The position numbers and the translations under genes are program-made. A stretch of 64,000 nucleotides of DNA from Cenarchaeum sp. (GTDB taxonomy: Archaea > Thermoproteota > Nitrososphaeria > Nitrososphaerales > Nitrosopumilaceae), in NCBI GenBank assembly GCA_965242695.1, contig CBDESU010000001.1:160001-224000 (forward strand). Reading direction: 5' to 3'. Shown here piece by piece: positions 18,417 through 28,000 of this stretch (positions within the stretch are counted from its first letter, which is position 1; every line of letters begins with the position of its first letter). The notes below the pieces were generated by a model, which saw only the letters and a program-made list of their open reading frames with translations, was not told the origin of the DNA and ran no database searches.

Positions 18417-19337
18417 ATGATTACGATACTTGCCGGCGGCACGGGGTCGGTAAAGATGGTGCGCGGCATGGCCTCGCAGCGCGGCGACATCACCGTCGTG
18501 AGCAACGTAGGCGACAACTACTGGCTGTACGGCATGTACGTGTGCCCCGACATCGACACCGTCATCTACGGGCTTGCCGACCTGCTCGACTACGACCGCG
18601 GCTGGGGCATCAAGAAGGACACGTTCAACTTTCTGCGGCAGATGGAGGTCTTTGGGGAGGAGACGTGGTTCCGCATAGGCGATCGCGACACGGCCACGCA
18701 TCTGGTGCGCACCAACATGCTCAAGGAGGGCAAGAACCTGTCGGACATTACGAAGTGGATGTGCAAGAAGTTCGCCGTCGGGGCGCGCGTCGTGCCGGCC
18801 ACCGACAGCATCGTCGAGACGCGCATAAGCACGGCCAAGGGCGAGATGCACCTGCAGGAGTACTGGGTGCGGTACCGCGGCCGCGACAGGGTCACGGGCA
18901 TACGGTACGTCGGGGCCGAGAAGGCCCGCCCCAACCCAGAGGCCATCAACGCCATACACGACTCGGACCTGGTCGTGATCGCGCCGGGAAACCCGCTCAC
19001 GAGCATCGGCCCGATGCTGCACATGAAGGGGCTCGCCAAGGAGCTCTCGCGCGCCAAGAAAAAGGTCGTCGCCGTCAGCCCGATAATCGGCTCCGAGGCC
19101 GTCAGCGGGCCGGCGGCAAAGTACATGGAGGCGGCCGGCATGGAGCCGAGCGCCGCCGGCGTGGCGAGCATGTACGGCGACATATGCTCGAACATGGTGA
19201 TAGACACGAGGGACCGCCGGCTGTCCGGGCGCATAGGCGAGATGGGCATGAGCGTGTACGATGCCAAGATACACATGAAGACAAAGGCGTCCGAGTCGGC
19301 CCTCGCATCGTTCATACTCAAGCAGGTGCGCGTGTAG
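18417..19337 (+). CDS. cofD: 2-phospho-L-lactate transferase (F420 biosynthesis)
   Basis: LAGGTGS, NVGDN, VCPDIDT, WFRIGDRD, HLQEYWV, PGNPLTSIGP, VSPIIG and SGPAAKYM motifs. Adjacent to cofC. Confidence 0.95.
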   Translation: MITILAGGTGSVKMVRGMASQRGDITVVSNVGDNYWLYGMYVCPDIDTVIYGLADLLDYDRGWGIKKDTFNFLRQMEVFGEETWFRIGDRDTATHLVRTNMLKEGKNLSDITKWMCKKFAVGARVVPATDSIVETRISTAKGEMHLQEYWVRYRGRDRVTGIRYVGAEKARPNPEAINAIHDSDLVVIAPGNPLTSIGPMLHMKGLAKELSRAKKKVVAVSPIIGSEAVSGPAAKYMEAAGMEPSAAGVASMYGDICSNMVIDTRDRRLSGRIGEMGMSVYDAKIHMKTKASESALASFILKQVRV

Positions 19338-19344
19338 GATACAC

Positions 19345-19998
19345 ATGAACCTGGCAGCCGTCGTGCCGGTAAAGTCGTACTCGCGGGCAAAGACGCGCCT
19401 TGCCGTCCCGCCGGATGCGCGCGCCCGGCTGTGCCGCGCAATGCTCGACGAGGTGCTCGGGACGGTGTGCTCGGCCCCCGCAGTCTCGGGCGTGTACGTG
19501 GTGTCGGCCGACGGCGAGGCGCTCGAGGCGGCCGCCAGGTTCGGCGCGGCGCCGGTCCGCGACGCGGCCGAGGCCGGAGTCAACGCGGCCGTCTCGGCGG
19601 CCGACGCGGCGATCGAGCGCGATGGGGGATGCGATGCGACCGTCGTGCTGCCGCAGGACGTGCCTTTCATCCGTGGGGAGGACATTGACTTTGTGGTGCG
19701 ACACTGCGCGGGCCCGTCGTGCGCGGTCGTCGCCCCGTCGCGCCGGTTTGACGGGACGAACGCGCTGCTGCGCATGCCGCCGCGCGTCATGGGCACGCAC
19801 TACGACGAGGACAGCTATACGCTGCACATCGAGGAGGCGCGCCGCTCGGCGGCGCACGCAAGGCTCGTCTATGTCGGGCGGATCGCAATGGACATCGACG
19901 ACATGGCCGACCTGGAGTACTGCCTCGCTAGCGGCCTAAAGCCGGGCCTGTGCGAGGCCATGCGGGCTGCGGTGCGGCCGCGGGGCGGCGAAGGCTAG
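19345..19998 (+). CDS. cofC: 2-phospho-L-lactate guanylyltransferase
   Basis: VVPVK..AKTRL, MLDEVL, GVNAAV, PQDVP, DGTNAL and DIDD motifs. Starts 7 nt after cofD. Confidence 0.92.
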   Translation: MNLAAVVPVKSYSRAKTRLAVPPDARARLCRAMLDEVLGTVCSAPAVSGVYVVSADGEALEAAARFGAAPVRDAAEAGVNAAVSAADAAIERDGGCDATVVLPQDVPFIRGEDIDFVVRHCAGPSCAVVAPSRRFDGTNALLRMPPRVMGTHYDEDSYTLHIEEARRSAAHARLVYVGRIAMDIDDMADLEYCLASGLKPGLCEAMRAAVRPRGGEG

Positions 19999-20360
19999 GG
20001 CCTGCCGGCCTCGAGCGACTTGATGGCCGATGCGATCGAGGCCACCTCGTCGAGCAGGGAGTGGCGCTCCTGGCCGCGGCTTGACGGCACGGATGCGGCC
20101 GCCTCGGCGAGCCTCTTCTCAAGGGCGGCCACCGCGGGGCCGGCGCCGGCGCCGGGCGCCGCTGCGCCCGCCTGCGCGGCAGGCGCCGCCGGCGTGGCGG
20201 CAAGGCGGCCCTCGTCCGGCTCGCTGCCGCACCCGACGCACAGCGCCTCGCCTCCGCGCATGACCCTCACGCCGCCGCAGTACGGGCACGGCTCGGCCTT
20301 GAGGGTCGCGCCCTCGCGGAGCATGCGCGCGGCCCTCTTTACGATATCGTCGTCCGCCAC
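19995..20360 (-). CDS. Autoantigen p27-like (Sjogren/scleroderma autoantigen 1 family) Zn-ribbon protein
   Basis: AARMLREGATLKAEPCPYCGG..ALCVGCG pattern. GTG 20360 is about 25 nt from a TTTTAT box (alternative start 20369). Confidence 0.8.
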   Translation of the reverse strand: MADDDIVKRAARMLREGATLKAEPCPYCGGVRVMRGGEALCVGCGSEPDEGRLAATPAAPAAQAGAAAPGAGAGPAVAALEKRLAEAAASVPSSRGQERHSLLDEVASIASAIKSLEAGRP

Positions 20361-20760
20361 GGGGCGCACGGGTGCAGCGCCGATAAAAGCCTAGCACTGG
20401 CGCCCTGCATGCGGCGGTGACCCGGTCGCCGTGCAGGCCATGGCGCGGGCGGGATGCGCATGGGCGCCCGTGCCGCCGGCCGCCCTGCCGCCGCTGCCGT
20501 GTACTGTCGGGATGCGCTTCCGGCGGCGCTAGCGCGCCGGCGCGGTCTGCCGCATGCGCCGCCCTGGAGTCCGCTGCCTACAGTTGGGATGTGTCTGACG
20601 GCACTGCGACATTCCCTGTTACGTCATCCGGCCGTCGATCGTACGAAGTTCAGGGCGCATCCCAGGCCGCATGCGGGGCGCCCCAGCCCCGCCTCTGTCG
20701 CATATCGACGAGTACTCTGCACCGCTCGCGATGCGCGCCACGGCGCCATCCGGCCGCCCC

Positions 20761-21000
20761 GCCCTCCCCGAGGTTGACAAAGTTGACAGATTTTGTCAAC
20801 TCTGTCAACTCCGGCGGTTCCTGCTACTCCGTGGCTCCGGCAGCCCCCGCCCTCCCCGAGGTTGACAAAGTTGACAGATTTTGTCAACTCTGTCAACTCG
20901 GGCGGTTCCGGCCACTCCGGGGCTCCGGCCCTCTGCCGCCCTCCCCGAGGTTGACAAAGTTGACAGATTTTGTCAACTCTGTCAACTCGGGCGGTTCCGG
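20761..21000. repeat. Three tandem 88-89 bp units, each with an identical 37-bp near-palindrome GTTGACAAAGTTGACAGATTTTGTCAACTCTGTCAAC
   Basis: Units start at 20761, 20849 and 20938. The ~60-bp conserved parts are separated by ~28-bp related but non-identical linkers. Confidence 0.95.
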
Positions 21001-21126
21001 ACGCCCCTCTTCTCCCCTCCCCCGTCCGTTGACCATGTGATCCTGTCTCGTTCCCTGTCTAGGTGCCGCTGGGCCTGTTGGCGTGGACACGTAACCGTTA
21101 AATCCCTGCCTGTGAGCGCCCTTGGT

Positions 21127-22326
21127 GTGAACAAGTCGGGCAACCCTTTCAACCCCGGTGGCGGTGCGATGCCGCCGTACCTGGCAGGCCGCCATTCAGA
21201 GATCGCTGCGTTCGAAGACATGATACAGCGCATATATGACGGCCAGGCAGGGAACATACTTGTCCATGGGCTGCGGGGGGTGGGCAAGACCGTACTGATG
21301 CACAGGTTCCACAAGATGTGCGTTGAGCACGGCCTTGTCCCGATCAGCAGGGGCCAGTTCAGCAAAAAGCACTCTGATCCGCCAGAGTTTGCTCGGGCGC
21401 TCAAGCACGGCGTCAGGACGGGAATCGAGACATTCTCGAGGCTGGAGAAGGCAAAGAAAAAATTCACGGCCACGGTGAAATACATGCGTCCAAAAGCCAC
21501 GGGAGCCACAAACTTGACGTACTGCGAGCCGCTATACGACCCTGATGGCCAGGCGCCGTACGAGGACCACCTGAAAAACTATCTGGTCGAAAACTGGGAA
21601 ATAATAGAAAAATCGGAGTACAGGGGCGCGGTCCTGCTTTTTGACGAATTCCACACAGTTCGGGACGTGCCGAAGCGGTCGTGGTACACCTTGTCGGACT
21701 TCATAGGCGTCCTTGCCGACGTACAACAGCAGGGTTGCGGGTATTTTTCCGTGCTCTCGGGCCTCCCGACACTCCGATCCTGCGTCCGCGAGGCGCGTTC
21801 GTACTCGGAGCGCATGTTCAGATCGATCGAGGTCACTAGCCTTGGCTCGGACGATGCAAGCAAAGCCATATCGGAGCCGCTGCGCGAGTCAAAGTACTCC
21901 TTTTCGCCGGACTTGATAGACCAGGTCGCGGCAGACGCCGAGGGCTATCCGTACTTTCTACAGTTCATTGGCCGCGAGATCATCAACAATGCGACTAGGA
22001 TGCGCATCGCGCCGGGCGACTATCTCCGCATACGGGGCATGATAACGGCACGACTTGACAGTGGTTTTTACGATCAGCGCATGGATGTACTGAGCTGCGA
22101 CCAGAAGCGGGTCCTGGCAGCCATGTCGAAGATCGAGGGCGATGACGCGGCGGTGTCCAAAATAGTCGCAATGGCCGGCATGGGAAAGGCTAGTCTGGTC
22201 CGGCACCTTGTCCGCCTGGAAGAAGAGGGCATGGTCCACAGGCACAGCCACGGGACGTACCGGTTCTCGCTCCCGATGTTTCGCGAGTACCTGAGCCGCC
22301 GCGCCGGGGGCGCCGACCCCGCCTAG
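21127..22326 (+). CDS. AAA+/STAND-like ATPase with C-terminal winged-helix domain
   Basis: NPFNPGGGAMPPYLAGR N-terminus, Walker A GLRGVGKT, Walker B LLFDEFH, SYSERMF, GYPYFLQ and a C-terminal HTH (LVRLEEEGMV..HGTYRF). GTG 21127 is about 24 nt after TTAAAT; the ORF extension to 20881 runs through the repeat and is probably spurious. Confidence 0.85.
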   Translation: MNKSGNPFNPGGGAMPPYLAGRHSEIAAFEDMIQRIYDGQAGNILVHGLRGVGKTVLMHRFHKMCVEHGLVPISRGQFSKKHSDPPEFARALKHGVRTGIETFSRLEKAKKKFTATVKYMRPKATGATNLTYCEPLYDPDGQAPYEDHLKNYLVENWEIIEKSEYRGAVLLFDEFHTVRDVPKRSWYTLSDFIGVLADVQQQGCGYFSVLSGLPTLRSCVREARSYSERMFRSIEVTSLGSDDASKAISEPLRESKYSFSPDLIDQVAADAEGYPYFLQFIGREIINNATRMRIAPGDYLRIRGMITARLDSGFYDQRMDVLSCDQKRVLAAMSKIEGDDAAVSKIVAMAGMGKASLVRHLVRLEEEGMVHRHSHGTYRFSLPMFREYLSRRAGGADPA

Positions 22327-22516
22327 CGGCGGCCTTGATGCGACGCCGAAATACACGATCGCCGCACGCGATCGCAGGCTGTGGCAAACGCCCGCCCGCC
22401 CCGCAGGCCGCCGCCGGATGCCTGCCTTCCGCCGCCGCCTGCGTCATTACAGAACTGTATAACATGGCCATGTATCCAATACACCCCTTATTAGTACGAA
22501 ATCGGGGCGCCGCCTC

Positions 22517-25336
22517 GTGAAAGCCGGAGCAAGCACGGTCGCGCTGGCGGGCCTCGTTCTGACGGTGGCCGCTGCAACCCTTGCGGTGCCTGCCGCGTTT
22601 GCGAACGGCGCCGGCGGAGTCGAGTCCGAGCTGCGCGACAAGGCCGACTTTGCCGGCGGGCTGGAAGAGGCGCTCGGCCACTTTTGGGCGCTAGAGCTCA
22701 ACCTAGACGAGGACAACGCCGAGCTTGCCGTCGTCCACGCGACGCACCCAGTCGCCGAGCTGTACGACGCAATGAAGCCGACGCTCGCATCGACCGATCC
22801 GGCGCTCGACCGCCTGATGGCCGACACGCTGGAGGGCCTGGCCGACCGCGCATCGACGGACGTCTCGCGCGCCGAGGCGCAGCGGGCGATCGAGGATGCA
22901 AAGGGCGTCGTAGAGGCGGCGAGAATGGCCGTCGTCGGCGATGCGCTCGCGTCCGACCCCGTGTTCAAGATGAAGCTGATGAAGGGCCTCCTCGAGACGT
23001 CTGTGGCAGAGTACGGCGAGGCCGTCGAGAATGGCCAGATAACCGAGATGGCCGAGTTCCAGGACGGCTCGGCGTTTGTCTGGCGCGCCGGCGTCATATT
23101 CGACGAGATACGCGGCGACATCGACGGCGGCGCGGCCGCCGAGATCGACTCTGCGTTCGGGGCAGTAAACGCCGCGTACGACGGCCTTGCGGCCCCGTCC
23201 GAGGTCGCCGGCCTCACGGGCGGGATCATATCGACGATCGATGGCCTGACGGGGGCCGGCGCCGACATGTCGGCCGACGGCGGGCTTGCCAGGTACGCGG
23301 CCACGATCAACGAGCTGCTCGTTGATGCAAAGTCCGAGTACGGCGCCGGCAACAACGACCTTGCGCTCAGCTATGTCACAAAGGCGTACCTGGACAACTA
23401 CGAGTTCCTAGAGGGCCCGCTAGTCGACGCCGGCGAGCGCGAGCTCATGGAGGAGATCGAGGTCTTGATGCGCGAAGAGCTCCGCGAGATGATCAGGGGC
23501 GGCGAGCCGGTAGGCGACATAAACGCGCAAATCGACACGGTGCTAGCCCGGATGCAGACCGCCAGCGGCGTGCTGTTCCCGGGCGGGATCGACGCGGCCG
23601 CAATGGCAGCCGGCGGCGACGCGGCGGCCGCATACGACTCGCTGACGGAGCGCCTGGATCTGGCCGCCGGCCTAGAGGAGGCGCTCGGCCACTTTTGGGC
23701 GCTAGAGCTCAACCTGGACGAGAACAACGCCGAGCTTGCCGTAGTCCACGCGACGCACCCCGTCGCCGAGCTGTATGACGCAATGAAGCCGACGCTCGCA
23801 TCGACCGATCCGGCGCTCGACCGCCTGATGGCCGACACGCTAGAGGGCCTGGCCGACCGCGCATCGACGGATGTCTCGCGCACCGAGGCGCAGCAGGCGA
23901 TCGAGGACGCAAAGGGCGTGATCGAGTCTGCAAGGATGGCCGTCGTCGGCGATGCACTCGCGTCCGACCCCGTGTTCAAGATGAAGCTGATGAAGGGCCT
24001 CCTCGAGACGTCGGTGGCAGAGTACGGCGAGGCCGTCGAGAATGGCCAGGTCGTCGAGATGGCCGAGTTCCAGGACGGCTCGGCGTTCGTCTGGCGCGCC
24101 GGCGTCATATTCGACGAGATACGTGGCGACATCGACGGCGGTGCGGCAGCCGAGATCGACTCTGCGTTCGGGGCAGTAAACGCCGCGTACGACGGCCTTG
24201 CGGCCCCGTCCGAGGTCGCCGGCCTCACGGGCGGGATCATCGACAGCCTAGACGAGCTCGTGGCGGCATCGTACGCAGAGCGCCTGGACCTGGCCGCCGG
24301 CCTAGAGGAGGCGCTCGGCCACTTTTGGGCGCTAGAGCTCAACCTGGACGAGAACAACGCCGAGCTTGCCGTAGTCCACGCGACGCACCCCGTCGCCGAG
24401 CTGTACGACGCAATGAAGCCGACGCTCGCATCGACCGATCCGGCGCTCGACCGCCTGATGGCCGACACGCTAGAGGGCCTGGCCGACCGCGCATCGACGG
24501 ACGTCTCGCGCGCCGAGGCGCAGCGGGCGATCGAGGACGCAAAGGGCGTGATCGAGTCTGCAAGGACGGCCGTCGTCGGCGATGCACTCGCGTCCGACCC
24601 CGTGTTCAAGATGAAGCTGATGAAGGGCCTCCTCGAGACGTCGGTGGCAGAGTACGGCGAGGCCGTCGAGAATGGCCAGATAACCGAGATGGCAGAGTTC
24701 CAGGACGGCTCGGCGTTCGTCTGGCGCGCCGGCGTCATATACGGCGAGATCCAGGACTCGATCGAGAACAGGCACGCGGCCGAGGAGATCGACGGGTTCT
24801 TCGAGGATGTGGACGACGCGTACGACAGGCTCGCACCGCCGTCGCAGGTGGCGACGCTTACGAACGGCATCATACGCGAGCTCGACGAGATCATGGGCAC
24901 GGGCGAGGGCCCCGCCGGGGCCATGGACGAGGGCGCCAAGCTGGACGCGTACGTGGCGACGATCCGGCAGCTGCTAGAGGATGCGCGCGCCGAGTACCGC
25001 GCAGGCAACAACGACCTCGCACTCAGCTATGTCACAAAGGCGTACCTGGACAACTACGAGTTCCTAGAGGGCCCGCTCGTCGAGGCCGGCGAGCGCGACC
25101 TCATGGTAGAGGTCGAAGAGCTGATGCGCGAAGAGCTGCGCACAATGATAAGGAACGGCGAGCCCGTGGCAGACGTCGAGGCGCAGATCGACCTGATACT
25201 GGATCGCATGGACACGGTCGCGGTAATCGTCCCAGAGTTTGGCCCGGTGGCGGTCGTCGTCCTTGCGGTGGCGATCGTGGCGATCGTAGCCATTACGGCA
25301 AGGTCTAGGCTGGGACTGGCCCCGCAGGGGCTGTAG
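22517..25336 (+). CDS. PEFG-CTERM surface protein with three His/Glu-rich helical repeats and two YLDNYEFLE domains; putative metal/iron-binding protein
   Basis: Signal peptide; 3x LEEALGHFWALE..HATHP..EFQD; 2x AYLDNYEFLEGPL; C-terminal VPEFG + TM + basic tail. Confidence 0.85.
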   Translation: MKAGASTVALAGLVLTVAAATLAVPAAFANGAGGVESELRDKADFAGGLEEALGHFWALELNLDEDNAELAVVHATHPVAELYDAMKPTLASTDPALDRLMADTLEGLADRASTDVSRAEAQRAIEDAKGVVEAARMAVVGDALASDPVFKMKLMKGLLETSVAEYGEAVENGQITEMAEFQDGSAFVWRAGVIFDEIRGDIDGGAAAEIDSAFGAVNAAYDGLAAPSEVAGLTGGIISTIDGLTGAGADMSADGGLARYAATINELLVDAKSEYGAGNNDLALSYVTKAYLDNYEFLEGPLVDAGERELMEEIEVLMREELREMIRGGEPVGDINAQIDTVLARMQTASGVLFPGGIDAAAMAAGGDAAAAYDSLTERLDLAAGLEEALGHFWALELNLDENNAELAVVHATHPVAELYDAMKPTLASTDPALDRLMADTLEGLADRASTDVSRTEAQQAIEDAKGVIESARMAVVGDALASDPVFKMKLMKGLLETSVAEYGEAVENGQVVEMAEFQDGSAFVWRAGVIFDEIRGDIDGGAAAEIDSAFGAVNAAYDGLAAPSEVAGLTGGIIDSLDELVAASYAERLDLAAGLEEALGHFWALELNLDENNAELAVVHATHPVAELYDAMKPTLASTDPALDRLMADTLEGLADRASTDVSRAEAQRAIEDAKGVIESARTAVVGDALASDPVFKMKLMKGLLETSVAEYGEAVENGQITEMAEFQDGSAFVWRAGVIYGEIQDSIENRHAAEEIDGFFEDVDDAYDRLAPPSQVATLTNGIIRELDEIMGTGEGPAGAMDEGAKLDAYVATIRQLLEDARAEYRAGNNDLALSYVTKAYLDNYEFLEGPLVEAGERDLMVEVEELMREELRTMIRNGEPVADVEAQIDLILDRMDTVAVIVPEFGPVAVVVLAVAIVAIVAITARSRLGLAPQGL

Positions 25337-25742
25337 CCTTAGCCGGATGTGCGGCACAGGCTTGCCATTCTCAATGGCAGTATGGATCGCGCGGGGCGTT
25401 TCGCATGCCTGCGCAGTAGCGGCGTCCGAAGCCGTGCCGTGCCGTGCCGCGATACGACTGGCGCGCCGCCGGATGTGCGCGCCGACTCGGCCGCATGCCC
25501 TGCCTTCATGCAGAGCAATGTCCACGCACCCTGCGCGCGGGGCCGGATCAGGGGGCCTTGTAGAATGCGGCTGCCGCGCCGCCCCCGCGCATGGCATCGC
25601 ATCGCCGCCTTCGCTGCCGCCTCGGCCGGCCGGGGCTGGCAGGAGGGGCAGGCGCGCCGCGCCGCCGCGCGCAGGGCAACCCCGATCGCCGACTCGCACG
25701 CGAAGCGACAGGCACGGCATTGCCGTGCATGGCGGACGATCC

Positions 25743-27421
25743 CTAATTGAGCGAGCGCCGGAGATCCTCCCTGCAGTCGAACAGCCCGCCGGGGCCGAGC
25801 AGCCGCTCTGCGATGGCGCGCGCCTCGGGCCTGTCCCGCATACGCATGAACATGTCGCAGTACCTCTTGGACCTTGATGCGATGCCGCTACCGCCGCCCT
25901 CCATGGCAAGGTCTGCGGCGCTCGGGGCGTACATGTCGCCGTACCTCTCCCACCACTTGAGCCACAGGTAGTCGTGGAGCAGCCGCGGCGTGATGCACAG
26001 GACTGAACTGCCCCGGAGCACCCTCGAATCCCTGAGCGACATGACGACCTCTCTGAACCTCCACTCCTGCATGTCCGGGTGGTGCATGCTGATCATCCCC
26101 GCTATTGCGGCCGCATCCGCCTCGTGCGGCGCGTCAAACCCGAACCTTGTAAAGAGGCTCAGCCAGAGCAGGACGGTGTAGCGATCCTCGTACTCCCTGC
26201 CGCTGTACCGCCCGCCGCCGCCGGCTATCCACCGCTCCCATGCACTGACGTTGCAGGGCGGGGCAAATATGTTGAGGGGGTTTGACGACAGGTTGGCACC
26301 GAGAATGTGGGCCGCCCTCGGCGACGGGCTGGCATGGTCGACCCACCTGTCGATCTTGGCGTCCCCTCCCCCGCCCGCATAGTACTGGAGTATCCTCTTG
26401 ATCTCCTCGTCGGCCATGTCGCCGACCGGCAGCAGATCGTCGCCCCCTGCGAACTCGTCGGGCCCGCCGTCGATGGTCACTAGGTGGACTCCGTTCTCGT
26501 TGTTCATCAGCACGTTCAAGAGCGACGCCCTGGCACTGGGATCGCACTCGTCGACTACGAATATCGGGGCCTCGGCCGCGGCCCGCCGGCCACCTCTCGT
26601 CCCACGCAGGATCTCCAGCAGGACAGCCTCGCCGTCCGGCGAATTCCCTGCGTACACGATGCGCGGGGCAATGTCGGCGGCGCGCGTCGCCTCCAGCACG
26701 AGCCGGGTCTTTCCCGAGCCGGGCTCGCCGGAGACGTGCACGTGCACGGGGCCGGACGCGTCGCCACTGCGCAGCCTTTCCCTCATGTCTAGTATGAACT
26801 TGTTCTCTGCGCTGCCGCTCATGAACGTGTGCGACATGTCCGCCAGCGAGGACCATTCGGCATGGTTGGAGATCCACGCGCTGGCCCTGTCGCCCATGCC
26901 GAGCGCCAGGCCGGGGAATTTTTCCATGGCCGAGGCTATGCGGCTGCGGCCCCACACGTCGATCCTTGCATGCGCACACGACTCCGACCTTGACGCAAGC
27001 GCCTACTGGGCCGCCCCGACATCTCAACGTCGGTGCTGTCCGCATCGTCCCAGCCCGTGAGGAAGACGGTCAGGGCGCCGTCCTCTTCGATGCACGACCG
27101 TATCCTTTCCCTTATGGCCCCAGTGCGCGTGAACAGTATGTCCCCAATGCCCCCGCCCGGGGCAAGACTGCCCGAACGGATGTGGTATGCGGTCGTCCCC
27201 TTCTTTACGAGCCCGCGCCGGCTCTGGCGCGGCGCACCCCTGGCGATTCCGTCTACGCCGCCGCCGTCGCCGGCCGCCATGCTGACCGGCATGTCGATTT
27301 CCGTGCAGGACATGCCCGAGACGGCTGCATCGGCCCGGACAAGGGCGGCGACCAGCACTGCCGCGTCGCATGGGCCCAGTGCGCTGATGCTTTCGGGTGG
27401 CACGGTGAACAGGCTTGCCAT
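25743..27421 (-). pseudogene. Nuclease-like domain + STAND P-loop NTPase, frameshifted at ~27002 and apparently C-terminally truncated
   Basis: ORF1 from ATG 27421 (GDGGGVDG..TTAYHIRSG, a degenerate PD-(D/E)xK-like pattern) continues after a 1-nt shift into ORF2 (ARIDVW, Walker A GEPGSGKT, Walker B FVVDEC, SPRAAH, ITPRLL). ATAAA box about 30 nt upstream. Confidence 0.65.
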
Positions 27422-27790
27422 GATTTGCCGCCGCGAGGGCAGCTCGGCATGTTTTATTTCTGTCGGTGTGGTCGAGTGTGCATGCGCGCAGGATGCAGTG
27501 GACTGTGCGGGCGGCTGGCGTGAAGGGATCGGCGGAGCGAAGAGGTGATGATGGGGAGGGTCGTCTCCGCCATGGCGCGGGAGAGGGGGCATGCGGCTAT
27601 GCGCATCCGGCTGATCGCGCGGCCTTGTCCGCACCGCCTCGCTCCGTGCGGGTCGCCGTCCTACGAGCGCCGCGCCCCTTTTGCCGCCGCCCCGGCCGTT
27701 TCGACCCTGGCCGGCCAAGCCGCACGATCAGCAGGCGCTGCTGCGGCGGCACGCCCCGAAAAGGTTATTTTGCGGCCCTGCCATTGGCGG

Positions 27791-28000
27791 GTGTTGAAGG
27801 CGTGGATTGGAAGGCGGGAGGACGATGCGGCCCGGGGCTTTGCCGCATTCCCCTATGCTGAAAAGTCCGGCTGGCGAGTGGCTGGCGCCGACAGGACCAT
27901 GGCGCGCCTGCTCGAGGCGAGCACGACTAGCGACGACGCGATCAAGACCGCCTGCCTCATATCCGGGTGGGCCAAAGACAGGGTGCGATCACTTGCTTGA
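27791..28000 (+). CDS. Small 69-aa ORF overlapping the helicase start; possible internally deleted HamA remnant
   Basis: GTG 27791 about 24 nt after TTATTT; TGA overlaps the helicase TTG (TTGCTTGA). The sequence loosely recalls HamA N-termini (by eye only). Confidence 0.35.
   Translation: MLKAWIGRREDDAARGFAAFPYAEKSGWRVAGADRTMARLLEASTTSDDAIKTACLISGWAKDRVRSLA

Noticed and set aside
20761-21000. CRISPR array
   Set aside because: The conserved part (~60 bp) is longer than the linkers, the two linkers resemble each other, there are only three units, and no cas genes are in the window.
21127-22326. Calling the ATPase orc1/cdc6 and the repeats canonical ORBs
   Set aside because: The motifs (NPFxPG..PPYLAGR, SYSERMF, GYPYFLQ) fit a different AAA-wHTH family, and the repeats lack the ORB consensus; kept only as an analogy.
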